From contig JBLDXI010000015.1 in the NCBI GenBank assembly GCA_047495785.1, positions 1,178,001-1,242,000 of the forward strand: a DNA stretch of 64,000 nucleotides, written 5' to 3'. The notes under the pieces are model-generated. The model saw only the letters and a program-made list of their open reading frames with translations, was not told where the DNA came from and searched no databases. The stretch comes from Lepidodermella squamata. Its lineage: Eukaryota; Animalia; Gastrotricha. Positions 1 to 12,403 of this stretch are shown piece by piece. A program made the position numbers and the translations under genes. Every line of letters starts with the position of its first letter. The stretch's first letter is position 1.

Positions 1-1724
1 GTGTCTTCTTCAATTTCAGCTACGTCACAATGCTCGTAAGTCTTCTATTTCGTTAAGCATTCCGCATTCGGCTGAAAGATGATGCATTCGTCATTTCGTT
101 AGTGTTGAAATTTTGCGGGACTGGAAGATTTTTCAAACCCCCCAATAACACATTTTGTAGAGGCTATCGATTTTTTACTCATGTTTTTCAAGGCTCCTCC
201 GCTTTTATTTCTAGTTTTTCATCATTCTTTCATGCTTCCTCTAAATTAGGCCGATATATCCAGTGAAATACTACTTACAGCCTTGAAAACTTGATTTCTT
301 CATGAACCGTTTGGATCTAAAAAATTCTATGTTTTCTGGATGGCCGAAATCTGGGGCCAAATCAAGGTTGAAACTTCATGCTAATTCGCAGCTGGTAATG
401 AGTGCGAGCATTGCAAAGCAAAAACTTGGAAACAGAAAAACTGGGTTGCATTTAGGAGCAATGGTTGTTGACCGATGACAAAAGTTTAAATAAATTTACG
501 TGTGCTCAACAGAAATTAGATCTACCTAAAGCGGACGGCGGGTTTACTGGAAAGGTTAAAATTTAGTGGGTGCTTCAAGAGTGCATTATCGGAACCTTGC
601 TAGAACTTGCTAGAGTAGAGCGTAGAGAAGATAAAATGCAGGAACAGCTGAAAAATTTGCATAAACTTGACGTGAAGCCTAGAATTATTGTAAACCGAGA
701 TAAAATGGCAAAATCGCCAAAATTGCGTAAAGTATCACTGCCAACTTTAAGCTGCCTGTTTTGATTCCCGAAGAATCCTCTCCAGCGACCAGCGCCCTAT
801 TCCCTATTACATTACAAATTCTTCACTAAGGGATTCATGTTACGTCGATTGCACATTCAATTTTTGATTTTTCTATGTTTTTCGTTTCCTCTAGACATTT
901 TGGATCATTTCGACTTTCAGCCTTCTATTGCTTGCTCTCGACTGCTTCTTCGCTACTCGCTTCGTTTTCCTGTACGACAAACCACGAACGCTAACAACGT
1001 TCAAAATCGTAGTCACCGGGCTATGGCTCATAGCACTAGGCTTTTCAATTCTTTCTGTAGAACTGCAACTCGAAGTTTTCGCTGCCTTTCATTACTTCAT
1101 AGTCGGCCTTCTCGGAGCTGTTCTCCTAGCTATCGCAGCGCTTTCATTAGATGCATTCCTTCTCACTGAACGGATTAGGTAAGTTTGAGAAACGGCGAAA
1201 TATTGAATAATTTTACGTTATTTTCAGACATGAAACTGCAATGGTGAGTAAAAGATGGGAGAATGTCACTTCGACTCGTAGAAAATCGCTATGGACCATC
1301 ATTATAATGATGGGAAGTTCATTATTCTGCTGGTGCCCCTACATCGTCTACTTCGTAGTTGACGAATTCAAACTCATGGACGATTACATGCAGCAATACA
1401 TACTGTAAGGCATCTCAGTGATTGAATGATAAATTTCCAAATGTTTCCTCTTTCAGTTTGATCGCCTGCGTTCTGATTTTTCAAACGAACGCTCTAATCA
1501 ACCCCGTAGTTTACTCGCTGAGATTCGGCGACGTTCGGGCTCAATTACGGCGTGAATTAGTCCGTCAAGAATGTTTAAAGCCCATTGGACGGATGTTTCG
1601 CGTTCGAGCTGGCAGTTTCGGCCGTGATTTTTCTGAAGCGTCTTTCGAGTTGGTTCGAGTGAGAAATAGAATAAGCTCATTTGCTTTACCACAGCAAGCA
1701 ACATTAGTGCCGGCTGAAGGCTGA
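1..1724 (+). CDS. Class A (rhodopsin-like) GPCR, DCF family copy 1, 5'-partial. Exons <1-35, 895-1178, 1228-1404, 1457-1724
   Basis: The spliced frame gives TM3 ...LLLLALDCFFATRF, TM6 FCWCPY and TM7 NALINPVVYSLRF. GT-AG introns lie at 36-894, 1179-1227 and 1405-1456. Paralogous to 2147-3556 and 20028-21483. Confidence 0.85.
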
Positions 1725-2146
1725 GTATAATAAAGAATTTGCTACGAAACGGGGTCGATTGTTGTTTTTAGGCTCTATTCATAGCTTTTTGAAACAAAAG
1801 CACGTGAAAAAAACGGATTATTTTAAAAGCCTATGTGCGCCCCCCGCCGAGATTTAACTGCTGCTAAAAAATCAGAGATTAATAATTTATCACAGACTAG
1901 CACGCAAAACATATTTGAAACCACCTGCTCTGAGTAAATATTCGCTACTGTGCTGTGAAAAAGCCCTCAATATTTATTCTACGAATCCTTTTTTATAAAA
2001 GCGTCGCTCTAAATAATTTGCGTGATGTTATTTTTTATCCAGGCATCACGATACATATAATTTTTGTCTATATTATCTAGGCAATAGTCATCGCAGTTTC
2101 GTCTCCGGATAACACATGAGTTCAGAACTTGACTATATAATCTTCA

Positions 2147-3556
2147 ATGTCAGCAGCAACAAGAAATGCCTCTAATGCTGTAGATTTCGCAATAGCTGCA
2201 TGCAGGCGGGCTCTTCTTGCTGGCCAGAATGGGCCAGCATCTAATTTTACCACAAATTTCGACGACGATGACTTTCTATCACTTTGCAGCTGGGAGACAA
2301 TTCAATGTTCGCTGAGTCCTGACGGGAAATGTGGCGATGATAGTGGGGAGGAAGCCCAGTGGCATATTTTCCTCATTTACCTACCCATCGGGCTGTTGCT
2401 CTTCCTTCTCAGCTTATTTCTCAACGTAATATCTATAATTCTAGTCGTTAGGATTCGGAAAACACTTCCGGTTAGTTTGAAGTTGTGACATGGGTCAAAA
2501 TACCTAATTCTCTGTTAACAGCGTCATGCCTTCTTGATCAGCATGTCGATTTCTGACCCAATTCTAAGTTTTCTAGCCGTAACTCAACGTTGCTCGGACT
2601 TCTTACCCGATGGTGCGGCCAAAACGTTCATTGATAAGTATGGCAACGTACTCATGATGGTAAGCCGATGCTCCCCCATTGAAAACTTATCAATTGAATT
2701 ATTTATTTCGCAGACCACATGGTTCATCTCAACATTCAGCCTTTTACTGCTGGCGTTAGACTGCTTCTTCGCGACCCGTTTTGTCTTCACCTACAGCAAG
2801 AAGAGGACATTAATCCTGGTTCGCCTATTCGTTGTAGCGTCATGGACCGTAGCCACAGCTCTATCAGCAATTCTAGTCGTTTTCGACTGGGACTATTCCC
2901 AAATCATTCAATACTCAATCATCAGTCTGCTAATTGCAATACTCATTTCACTGGCTGTTCTGTCGATCGATGCTTTTGTTTTAACTGAAAGGATCAGGCA
3001 ACAGAGGCATGTTTTGGCTGATTCGGCAAGATCGCATGGCTGGAGAAGTCGTGTTAAATCCCTTCTCACAATTTCGATTCTTGTCGGAAGTTCTTATTTC
3101 TGCTGGTTACCATTTGTCGTACTTTTCTTCGTCCAAACTACTGACCCGCTTACCGACGGGAATCTTCTTTACATTCTGTAAGTTGGGATTTACGAATTAA
3201 TATAAAATTTTAATGAATTTTAAACGTGTTTTAGGGCCATAGTTTGCATCACATGCTTCCAGCTCAATGCAATTGTCAACCCTATTGTATACTCACTAAG
3301 ATTCGGTGATGTTCGCGCCCGGTTGCGATACGAGATGATTAAGAATCGTTATTTACGCCCAATCGGGCGATTTGTCCGTAAAAATAGTGCTGCTTCACTG
3401 AGTGGGATGAACGGTGAAGCTTCAGCTATGCTGCGTCGCTCGAGGAGTACGCATTGCCCGGTTGTTAGACGGTCTTTCCAAGCTGATTTCGATCTAGAAC
3501 TCAGGCGCCATTCAAGCCCGGTTATTCGCTCGAAACGCTTCTCAGTTGCTGTTTGA
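2147..3556 (+). CDS. Class A GPCR, DCF family copy 2. Exons 2147-2470, 2522-2659, 2714-3177, 3235-3556
   Basis: Seven hydrophobic helices after splicing: TM1 FLN, TM2 SMSISD, TM3 LALDCFF, TM4 W, TM6 FCWLPF, TM7 NAIVNPIVY. Introns of 51, 54 and 57 bp, all GT-AG. AATAAA lies just after the stop. Confidence 0.9.
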
Positions 3557-4373
3557 TTACTCTGTGTATAAAATAAAATGGATTTAAACTATAGTTCTAA
3601 ATTATAGGCTAAGGAAAAGTGATCTTCCCAGAATAAATTCGAGATTTCAGACCAATAGAGATAACGAGGATTTTCGGCTATCCTCAATTTCAAGTTGAGT
3701 AAAAATTAAGCTGTTGAATAAGTGCTGGGCTAAATCGTGCCGTGCATCAATCATTCAGGCGTCAAATTTGTTTCTAAATTATGGGCATCGCCCACCGTTT
3801 CAATGAGTTATTGAACCTCCCAAAACATGTTAAATTAGGTCGGGCAGAGCTTCCTTCTCGTGCTTGTCCATCGTAATTAGCTAATTAACTTCAATGACGC
3901 GATTGGCAGATGAACCGCATTATTCACATTGCACGCATTTTTTCCAGGTACCTATTCAGTTAAAAGTCATCTTTTGTATTTTCCAGATCGATTCTCAGCT
4001 GTATAATGAATTTGAGGTAAGAATCACCATTCGGCTATAATTTCCCATTCCAAGTAAGGAAGGAATAACTTTCTACAACTTTTTACGCTGAATACGATGG
4101 CGCGGAGCATTCAGGGAAAAAGTTGAGTAGACGGCACATTTGGCACGTCCAAAATTACCTACTTTTTGGGAATATCCGAAATCTAAAAAATCAAAAACTT
4201 ACGATTCTCGGCGGGGACTATGCGTTTATACTGGGAACATTGAGATCTACCTCTGGTGAAAATATTCCGCAAGGAAAAGTTAAGGAGAACTTGAATACCG
4301 TTTCTCTGATTTTGAGTGGATTTTATGTTTTTAATTATTTTTAGCTTGAATTGATGAATGGTTTTTCAGCTCG

Positions 4374-5600
4374 ATGAATGGAACAAGCAATCAAGTTAAC
4401 GTTTCTTACCTCACAGCGACGATTATCAACGGTGCTTGGTTGAATGTCGACATACCAGAACGAGGCTTTGGTCGCGCCAAGCCATACTTTGTCGCTCATT
4501 ATCACGACGTTACCTCGACAAGTATTGCAGATCGGCTCGGATGGGCCGTTGCTTGCTCTGTTATGTCGTGCTTCACTTTGATTGCTTCAGCCGTCAATAT
4601 TTATGCCTACATTCGTCGTGGAGTGAAGCAAGACTTCCTCATGCTAACGTGCTTCGCCCATGCGAGAAATATCATTTTCCAAGTCTGCTACTGCTTTGGC
4701 TTATTTACTGTCCTGCAAACTGGTTGGTGGGAGTCGACGACTGCCTCGTGTTCAATCACGTACTGGCTGGCTGGGGTTTCGGTGGATTTGGCCTAGTCAT
4801 TGAAGCATTAATTTCATACGAAAGACGACTTTGCATCTTGTCGCAAACTATCAATTACAAACCGAGTTCCATCAAGGTGGTTTTGCCGTTTTTTTTATTA
4901 AGTTTCGAAGAATTTTTCGTTGCAGATAGCAGCTGTCAGCCTAATTCTTCTGATCACTTGTCTCACCTTGACTGCTGGTTTAACATGGTGGCCATGGAAT
5001 ACCTTCACCACTCAGTGGGTGATAATTGAAGGAGTTAATAACAATCACCCTGTTCCCATTTGCGGCGATTGGTATTATAGTATTTATCACGATTTCGACA
5101 CAACATTCTTAGTCCTACTCTACTACGCCGTATTATTTGGTGGCTCGTCCATATCTCTTGGCGTTAATTATTGGAAAATTTTCAAAACAATTGATAATCT
5201 GAAAAAAGCTCGCGGTAGGACAACTCAGCAAGGAACAGCCGATGCCATTATGTCCATTGAGTCTAGCTTTTCAACTCACTCTCGGCCCATCGTTGTCGCA
5301 GAATGGCAGCGTAAGGAAATCTATCTTGTCAAAATTTCACTGTTATGCTACCTCGTATTCATCATCAGCTACATTCCGGGATTCGTCTCGATTTTTGAAT
5401 TGTGCACCTGGGCGCTTGGATCAACGTCGGTTGAACAAGCTTGGGTCAGGAAATTTTCGTTGTTCACTATGTTTACTGGCATGTTTCTAAATGCTGTCCT
5501 GCAATGTGTCACGCCGTCTCTCGTCGAGGCAGTTTTCGAGAAAATATCAAAATTAAGATTTAGATCATCACGAGTCCTATCTATCGCTTTAAAGATATGA
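4374..5600 (+). pseudogene. Divergent class A GPCR (ERR family copy 1) with a 1-bp frameshift at 4770/4771; pseudogene or assembly error. Intron 4877-4925
   Basis: Collinear with 5839-7188. The frame of ORF 4374 switches to that of ORF 4436 exactly where the paralogue reads WLDWSMGGFGLVIEASISYERR; adding one base restores YWLDWGFGGFGLVIEALISYERR. Confidence 0.75.
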
Positions 5601-5838
5601 AAACTGAGTCGAGCGGGATCGATGACGTCATACGCGATGCTCTCATGTTGTATGCTATCAAGTAAAATTTGGCTGATTACTTTCCTTGAACGATTTAGCG
5701 AGAGACAGTCAATCTTTCTTACTTTCTCACGCAATAACTCATAATAAATAATTAGAAACATGATAATACGAAACATCCATTGAAATTTGTCACATTCTGT
5801 ATCGAATGAAAATCTTTGCTTATTCAGAGTTAGTGACC

Positions 5839-7188
5839 ATGAACATATCACATTATTTAAAAGAGAATAGTAGTACTGGCCATAAGTACCCTGTTGCTCA
5901 GGTGTTTAACGGTGCTTGGCTGAATGTCGATTTGCCTGATAGAGGATTCGGTCGGGCACGGCCGTACTACGTGGCCTTTTACCATGACTTGACTTCAACA
6001 TCGGCTGGGGATCGTTTAGGCTGGACTGTAGCCTCTTTAGTCATGGCTTGCTTCGCTGTTATCGCATCGATCGCAAATATTTACGTCTACATTCGCCGTG
6101 GCGTGAAGAGAGATTTCCTAATGCTGACTTGCTTCAGCATCGCTCGCAGTTTGACCTTCGTGATCTGTTACAGCTATGGCATGCTGATCACACTGGAAAC
6201 TGGCTGGTGGGAGTCGACCACGAATACCTGCACAACTTTGTTCTGGCTCGATTGGTCCATGGGCGGTTTCGGATTGGTCATCGAAGCCTCGATTTCCTAC
6301 GAACGCAGACTTTGCATTACCTCAAATTCGATCAACTACAAGCCAAGCACTTTGAAGGTAGATTTCGAGGCAACTCTTTGTGGGTGTGCTAATTTCAGAA
6401 TTAAATCACTAAATTAACTATATAATATTTTCCCCAAGAATCCATTCCTATTATATTATAAATTGTGTTACATTAAGTGTTGGATGTGACCATTTTTTAT
6501 TTTTGCGTCTTCCTTAAACTTTTTTTAGATCGCTGGGCTAAACGTTCTACTTCTAATTGCCTGTTTGGTTATGACAGGCAGTTTTATTTGGTGGCCATGG
6601 AACTCGATGACAGCCAAGTCGGTGATAATTGAAGGTGTTAACAATAACCAACCGGTGAAAATCTGCGGAAATTGGGATTACAGTATCTACGGTGATCTCG
6701 ACACTGAGTTTTGTTCGGTCATCTACTATAACATAGTTTTCATCGGATCTTCAGTCTACTTAGCTAACAACTACTGGAAAATCTTCAAACTCATTGGCAA
6801 TTTGAAGAGCAGTGGAACGAGCATCGAAACAGTGATGTATAAAATCCCGTCGATCCGCTCCAAGTCAAATTTAGCTGAATGGCAACGTAGAGAAGTATAT
6901 CTGGTCAAAATATCTGTCTTCAGGTTCGTTCTCTTCGTAACCAGCTACATTCCAGGCTTTCTCTCAGCAATAATCGTCTGTGCATGGTCACAAGGTGCTT
7001 GGGCAATTGAACCTGCCTGGCTCAGGAAATTTGCAGTTTTCCTCATTATTTCTGAGATGTTTCTCAACGCCTCGCTTCAATGTGCGACCCCGTCCACAAT
7101 CGAAGGTGTGCTGGATAAGACTTTTGACGCGAAGAGAAGGCTTATTAACTGGTGCAAACGTCTTCAATCACGCGTGATGGCACTGTGA
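5839..7188 (+). CDS. Divergent class A GPCR (ERR family copy 2). Exons 5839-6357, 6529-7188
   Basis: 7-TM hydrophobicity pattern, TM3 Cys plus ECL2 Cys (KICGNW), ERR at the DRY position, TM6 SYIP. The GT-AG intron is at the same position as in copy 1. Confidence 0.8.
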
Positions 7189-8842
7189 AGTAAAAAGTAG
7201 TTTATGTTTAGTACTCTCATAACAATGGACAAGGGACCAATAGGTTATCAACGCCAAGCCGAATCTAATTATGTTGTAAACTCAAAGTCCCAATCATTGC
7301 GTAGGAAGTACAAGGAATCGCATCGGTGAATATGAGTTTTGCCCAGCATCCTCAATACAATATCATATGAGTTGAGCTGAAATAAGACGTCCGACATCAC
7401 TGAATGTCACGTGTGCTTACGTTTTGGCGACACTGAAGATTGAATGAAGACATTTCCCAATAAATCTTGATATGTTAAACATTTCTTTTTTGAGGACACT
7501 GGATTAAGTTGTCGTCATTCGGGTGCAAATAGCGACATTCATTCATTCATTTCACGTATTTAACAAGGTTATCGTTACAATGTACAGTACAGCGTGCAGC
7601 TCATAGAGCTAAAAACAGGAGACTAATGTCATCAATCTCGAATTAACGAGAAGGATCAATATAGCGCAACTGATTTATGACATGCTCAGGCCAGGCACCA
7701 TCGCGTATGCATTTTTCCGGTACTTTCCGAAAGCCTCTCTCAGTAGAATAAAGAATATAGAATTGAACATACAGAAAAAACTTATTACAACTCTCAGCCC
7801 TTCGCCTTTCTTATCCCTGAACACATCGAAGACCATTCTTATCTGTTATGAAGATCCCGAAAAGATGATGGTTAATAAATTAGTAATTTCTCATATTTTC
7901 ACTTTACTTCTCAGATTTTTGCATTATGTGCTATTAGAATTAAGGAGTCGCATCGGTGGATATGATGTGCTATTTATGTTGGACTTGAAGCGTCTTTAGA
8001 GCAAGCCTCGAGATCCATGAGCATCTCTCCGAAGGTTTATTTTTCGGTAATGTGTCGGCAATGATGAGCTCTAAAACAAACTATCATCCGTTTCATTCTA
8101 TGTCTGTTCATTGTCGAGGATTAACCTTTCGCCGAGACGGGAATAGCTAATTTTGCACTCATGTTTTTATGTATTACGGGCTTCGGATCGGTTTTAAGTT
8201 TTAAATATTGTTGAGCATAATCAATGGCAAGCGTATCGAGCTTAGCTAGCGCTATTTTTTAGGATAACGAATGTGAAAAGGTCCGGGATTCACTCACATT
8301 TGAATACAATTAGCCAGAGATAGCGATGGTCCATGCCCAGGCGCCCTGTCTTTGAAGGGCAGGGGCCATACTCCAGCCTCCAGCTCATTCGCCACTTATT
8401 TATTTACTGTATAACGGTTCTCCGTTCGAAAACTGTAACGGAGAACGATTTAGCGCCCTCACTTTTCGGTTCAAGTGTGGGTGCTAATAGGCGCGTAACA
8501 GATAACGTATAAAAGATGATAGCTTGGTCTGAAAACCGGCGACACTTTTTATGAAGAGCTACCTTTGACATTTACTGATGATGGACACTGAGTGTGCAAA
8601 TAAAATTACACACATCCACCTCACGCACTTGGTTCATATAATAACGAACAATTCGCCGCTAGTCAAATCTTCGCTAAAATTGATGCCAACATTGAAGTAC
8701 GAAGTACGAAACTTAGATTTATCTATGAATTTGAATTTACTAAAATTAATATACCCCGGTTTTCTACCCCGCGAACACCCGCCTTCGTAGACTTACGGAT
8801 TTTGAGAATGGCGTGGGCATCCCGTCCTCACGTCCAGGATCG

Positions 8843-9177
8843 TCTCGCTCCCTTCAACTGGAAGACCCGGCTCTTCTCGATCTCCTCGATCTAATGCGGG
8901 TTTTTTCGGTAAACACTTTTCACTGACAATTCGATTACATTCGGATGGGCACATTTCCAGGCTCGCCTATGTTTCGTCCGTGCGCGCTCTCCTATTGGCT
9001 GGCTTGTCTGCACGCCCTGTTGCGCAATCGGTAGCGCGCGCGGACGAGCCTGGAAATGTGCCCATCCGAATGTAACCGAATTGTCAGTGAAAAGCGTTGA
9101 CAGGTCATTTACCGAAAAAACCCGCATTAGATCGAGGAGATCGAGAAGAGTCGGGGTTTCAGTTGAAGGGAGCGAGA
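8843..9177. mobile_element. Fold-back / MITE-like element with inverted arms of about 120-130 bp
   Basis: 8843-8965 (TCTCGCTCCCTTCAACTG...ACATTTCCAGGCTCG) is the near reverse complement of 9045-9177. No coding capacity and no clear TSD. Confidence 0.75.
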
Positions 9178-9239
9178 TTTGAAAAAACCATTAAATTATT
9201 TCACCAAGTAACCCTTTAAACTCGGGTGCGTGCGAATGA

Positions 9240-9840
9240 CACTCTATAAACGGTAAAACTGCTACTAAAACAGACACAAAATCTGCTATTATTTCGCGCG
9301 AAGTGCTACTAAATCTGTCTAAGTGCGCATAAAACGATAAGTGTGTTGATAAAGCAGGTAATATGACACTAAATGTGGAGAAGTGCCACTATTTTGACAA
9401 AACCGCTAGTACTTTGGGAATGTGATGGTAAATTGGAAAAATTGCTATATAAAAGAGATATCTTAATCGTGGTGATTGGCATGGAAATGACTGCCGCATA
9501 CACGAATGCCTTGACTTTTCTGTTCTCGAATCTAAGAAGGCTAGTTTTGACCAATCATTGCAAGTTTTAGCCGATAGCCCCATCCATTTCGAAAAAACTT
9601 TCGTTTTGAAAATCGATTATTGGTGTCGATATTAGTTCTACAGGCTGAACCATAATTCGTAAAGCCAACTAAAATAATTACAACTTTCATTCACCAAGTT
9701 TTTCAGCATAGTAGCGCATTTCTCAAACTAGTAGCAAATTGCGCGAATTAGTAGCAATTTACACGATTTAAGCAGTTTACCTAATTTAGTAGCACTTTTA
9801 CCCATTTTAGTAGCGCATTTATTTTCACTCTTTAAACTCG
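9240..9840. repeat. Degenerate non-autonomous element with subterminal GCTACTAAA/TTTAGTAGC motifs
   Basis: TGCTACTAAA motifs at about 9260 and 9304 face several TAGTAGC motifs at about 9709-9815. GTAAAACTGCTACTAAA (9253) matches TTTAGTAGCACTTTTAC (9785) in inverted orientation. Confidence 0.4.
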
Positions 9841-9906
9841 TGTGGACTCAGACTGTGGGCGCGCGCGCGCGCAGTTCAACTTCTTGTTTTGCCGCGCGGA
9901 TAAATC

Positions 9907-10206
9907 TCAAAGGTCACTTTTCGAAATTGTTGTCGGTTTTTAGACTAAAATAAAATTTGAGCGATTCTCCGTCGATTGAATAGGTATGCGGTCTCGTTCG
10001 AAAAAATTGAAGGGAAAATTTGTTACGTGCACTCAAACTTTGCTGTCGAAATCAGCGCGCCCAAGTTGTGTGCGCGGGTTTTGAGTGCACGTAAAAAAAT
10101 TCCTTTCAATTTTTTCGAACGATAAACCCATATTCAATCGACGGAGAATCGCTCAAATTTTATTTTAGTCGAAAAGCCGACAACATTTTCGAAAAGTCAC
10201 CTTTGA
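9907..10206. mobile_element. Fold-back / MITE-like element with inverted arms of about 130 bp
   Basis: 9907-10037 (TCAAAGGTCACTTTTCGAAA...CGTGCACTCAAA) is the near reverse complement of 10079-10206. Confidence 0.75.
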
Positions 10207-11973
10207 AAGGATACAGGTGACTTTTCGACACCAATAGGAGTGCGCTCGCGGACGAAACATAGGCGGGCCTGGAAATGTACTTCGGATGAGGCGTGGGATT
10301 AATCAGCTTCCTTCTTTTTTACACTCTGGTAAATTATAGGTTTATTCATAAAAACTATTTGATCAAAAAAGTTGAGTCGTTGATCTCGCAACTTTAAATT
10401 TTTTGAGATATTTTTCGTTATTCGGCAAGCATGAATTTCCGCAGCTAATTCAAGAAGACCAATATGTTAAGGCGGCTTTTGCAGTTCTAATCAAGGGTCT
10501 CCCAAGTTCTGACAATCATTCAGTAGGCGGGGTGAGCAAGGGATGAGCAAACAAACAACGCGGCGCGCAAATATTAGGCTGGTTAACGCGATAATATTTT
10601 CGCGCTTTGTTGTTAAAGCAGCAACCTCTCTCACGCGGCTATAAACAAACGACTAGTAGGTGCTGTTGAGTATGGATATCCAACCGTATGTACTTATTTG
10701 TGTTTATAGGTTAAACACCCATTCTACACTCGAAAAATCACTATTGCTTCGATATAGCAAAAATAATAAATAAATCCCCGCCTGACCGACTATTAGTCGC
10801 TGAAATGTAAACACGGTTGTTGATTTTGAAAATCACAATAATATTTTGGTGTGTGAGAGACGGAAAAAGTATAATAATTAATCGGCGATAAATATAAATA
10901 AATTGCATTTGTCCACTCGTCAGTTTTCCAACTTGCGGTGAGTACTGATTCATCCTTAATTTTGTGCCAATTTATTTGTTGAATTTAATTCAATTTTAAA
11001 CTGTCCTAATAATGCGAAATGCATTCCTATTTAATGTAATTAATGCCCCCCCCCCCCTCCCATGTACTGTTGGCAAACAACGAGTTAAGTGGATTATACA
11101 AGTCGCTGTAACCGAATCGAAAACTGATCAGAAGTCCTGAACAATTTTCGACCCCTTATTCCGGAGACATCAATTAGTAAGCAACTAAGAATTTACGACA
11201 ATGCGCGAGAAATTTTTAATCATCTTTGAGGTTTTTCTTGCAATGTTATCATTTTATGTGGTCATTTGTTAGGACAGCGCGTAAAGTAGGTCACTCGCGC
11301 GTCGCTTTTATTGCCGCAATTGCTATTAGGTCAAGTCGATTTATTTCCTTGAACTATCCGCATAATGCATTATTATTATTCTCTACTTTTCCTTCTCATA
11401 ATTTATGATATATGCATGTGAAGAATTATCACCGCTCACCCTGTGATTCTGGCTGATCAGGATTTCTGCGATTTCTAATCACTGGGAATTTCCTTAATTT
11501 TTCAGTAATTACTGTCTTGGTTTGTTGAAAGACCAACATTCCAGGAATTTTCAAATGAGGTAAAATTCGCTCTTTAAAATTGGGGAAAAACTAATTGTAT
11601 GTAGGCGAGGGATATCTTTGAAAAACCTTGAGTCTAATTTCAAAAATTTGAAATATTCAACTTTTTTAAATCAATTTTGTTCCAGTCACCTGTAGTTTGA
11701 TTTCGAACGAAATCTTATAATGAACGAATATTAGAGGCGTGGGAATTTCTACGGTTAAGGTTTCTAACACTCAACCCTGAACAATTTTTTCACAAAAACT
11801 ACGAAGAATCTACACCAGAAAAAACCACCCTAATTGGGTTGGGCTGTTAGTTATTTGCTTGTGAATTCCTCTCACCTTAGGGCCCTTGGATTACCCTATT
11901 TCACCAATTTTCAAAATTTATCTAAATTCGTGCTTAAAACCGAAGTCATTTACTTACACCCTAATTCATCTAT

Positions 11974-12020
11974 ACCAAAAGCATGAATTCAGTTTTAGTA
12001 TCTGAATTCATGCTTCTGGT
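11974..12020. repeat. Short hairpin, 19-bp arms with 1 mismatch
   Basis: ACCAAAAGCATGAATTCAG, a 9-nt loop, then CTGAATTCATGCTTCTGGT. Confidence 0.6.
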
Positions 12021-12228
12021 AAATTCGGGTGTTTTTTCCGGCATATTACGATAATCCTACCAACAACTATACTGCAACACGGGGTAATTTTGGATTTTGG
12101 ACATTTAATAAAATTTGAAAAAATAAACCTTAAATAGGAAAATTATGTTATACTTCAGACGAAAGTGTAGAATTTTTCTGTAATTTTTTCCTGCATTTTC
12201 TGTATATTTTGGCTATTTTACGGTACGG

Positions 12229-12403
12229 CGACAAAACAGCAACTTCGCAGAACAGCGAATGCAACTAAACAGCAAATTTTTATTTCTCGACAAAACAGCA
12301 AAAACTTACTATGTAAGAGATGCACCGTATTTCTGCCGGAAATTCTGCTGTTATGTCGCAGAGTGAAAAATTTCCTGTTTTGTTCCGTTTGCTGTTATGA
12401 CGG
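12229..12403. repeat. Imperfect fold-back built from CGACAAAACAGCA motifs (MITE relic)
   Basis: CGACAAAACAGCA at 12229 and 12288 faces TGCTGTTATGTCG (12346) and TGCTGTTATGACG (12390). Confidence 0.45.

Noticed and set aside
5623-5630. Perfect CRE palindrome TGACGTCA between the two ERR GPCR genes
   Set aside because: One 8-mer is expected by chance in 64 kb, and I saw no counterpart upstream of the paralogue.
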